This document shows, in pieces, positions 63,647-64,000 of a stretch of DNA of 64,000 bases (position 1 is its first letter; the number at the start of each line of letters is the position of its first letter). The position numbers and the translations under genes are program-made. The notes beneath the pieces are model-generated. The model saw nothing but the letters and a program-made list of their open reading frames with translations. It had not been told where the DNA came from and ran no database searches. This stretch comes from Eledone cirrhosa. Lineage: Eukaryota. Location: positions 279,186,001-279,250,000 of the forward strand of contig OZ024743.1 of NCBI GenBank assembly GCA_964016885.1. Reading direction: 5' to 3'.

Positions 63647-63950
63647 TAAAAGGAATTCCAACTTTGTCTGATTTACTTGTTTTATTTATAATCCTTTAAA
63701 ATTTTCAACTATAATGAGATGGGTAAATTTTGTGCACAACATTTAGCCATCTCATTACAGTTGAAAATTGCAAACTTGACTGTCACCACAATTTGAACCT
63801 GAAGATTGGGAAAGCATGAAAGTAGTTGTTCAATTAAGACTTAACATTTAATATTCTACCATACTATTTCATTCTAATACCATTATAAATGTTAAAAGAT
63901 TGTAAATAAAACGAGTAAATCAGACAAAGTTGGAATTCCTTTTATTAATA
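63641..63950. repeat. Foldback insertion next to (TA)n
   Basis: 63641-63703 is the reverse complement of 63888-63950; nested palindrome 63701-63769; CTGAAGA..GAAA relic near 63799. Confidence 0.7.
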
Positions 63951-64000
63951 TAATCTTCTATACACAATCATACACACCCGTGTGTGTATATATATATATA

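Overview
Gene-free, repeat-dense eukaryotic (animal) genomic DNA. The SINE family and the extreme (TA)n/(CA)n/(AAT)n load suggest an octopus or related cephalopod, but that is inference. No host protein-coding gene, rRNA, bona fide tRNA or CRISPR is supported. The window holds: (i) restriction-like-endonuclease LINEs of the R4/Dong type, one with an intact 1130-aa ORF, clustered at (AAT)n tracts; (ii) two Tx1/L1-clade LINEs, one full-length between (AAT)n tracts and one near-intact with a 15-bp TSD; (iii) a decayed Tc1/mariner transposon; (iv) two decayed Penelope-like elements (PLEs), Naiad-like and Neptune-like; (v) tRNA-type SINEs. The most interesting feature is a pair of adjacent, near-perfect tandem arrays with 310-bp (~20.6 copies) and 191-bp (~4 copies) units. 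Each unit carries a type I hammerhead ribozyme, so they look like non-LTR retrozymes, i.e. genomic copies of small self-cleaving circular RNAs. Both arrays, and many older relics in the window, share one architecture: (TA)n | minus-strand arm | inversion junction, often inside the ribozyme | plus-strand arm | (TA)n. This suggests circRNA reverse transcription primed from both ends of a break in (TA)n, probably using PLE machinery. All structures were read by eye; no folding software or database search was run.
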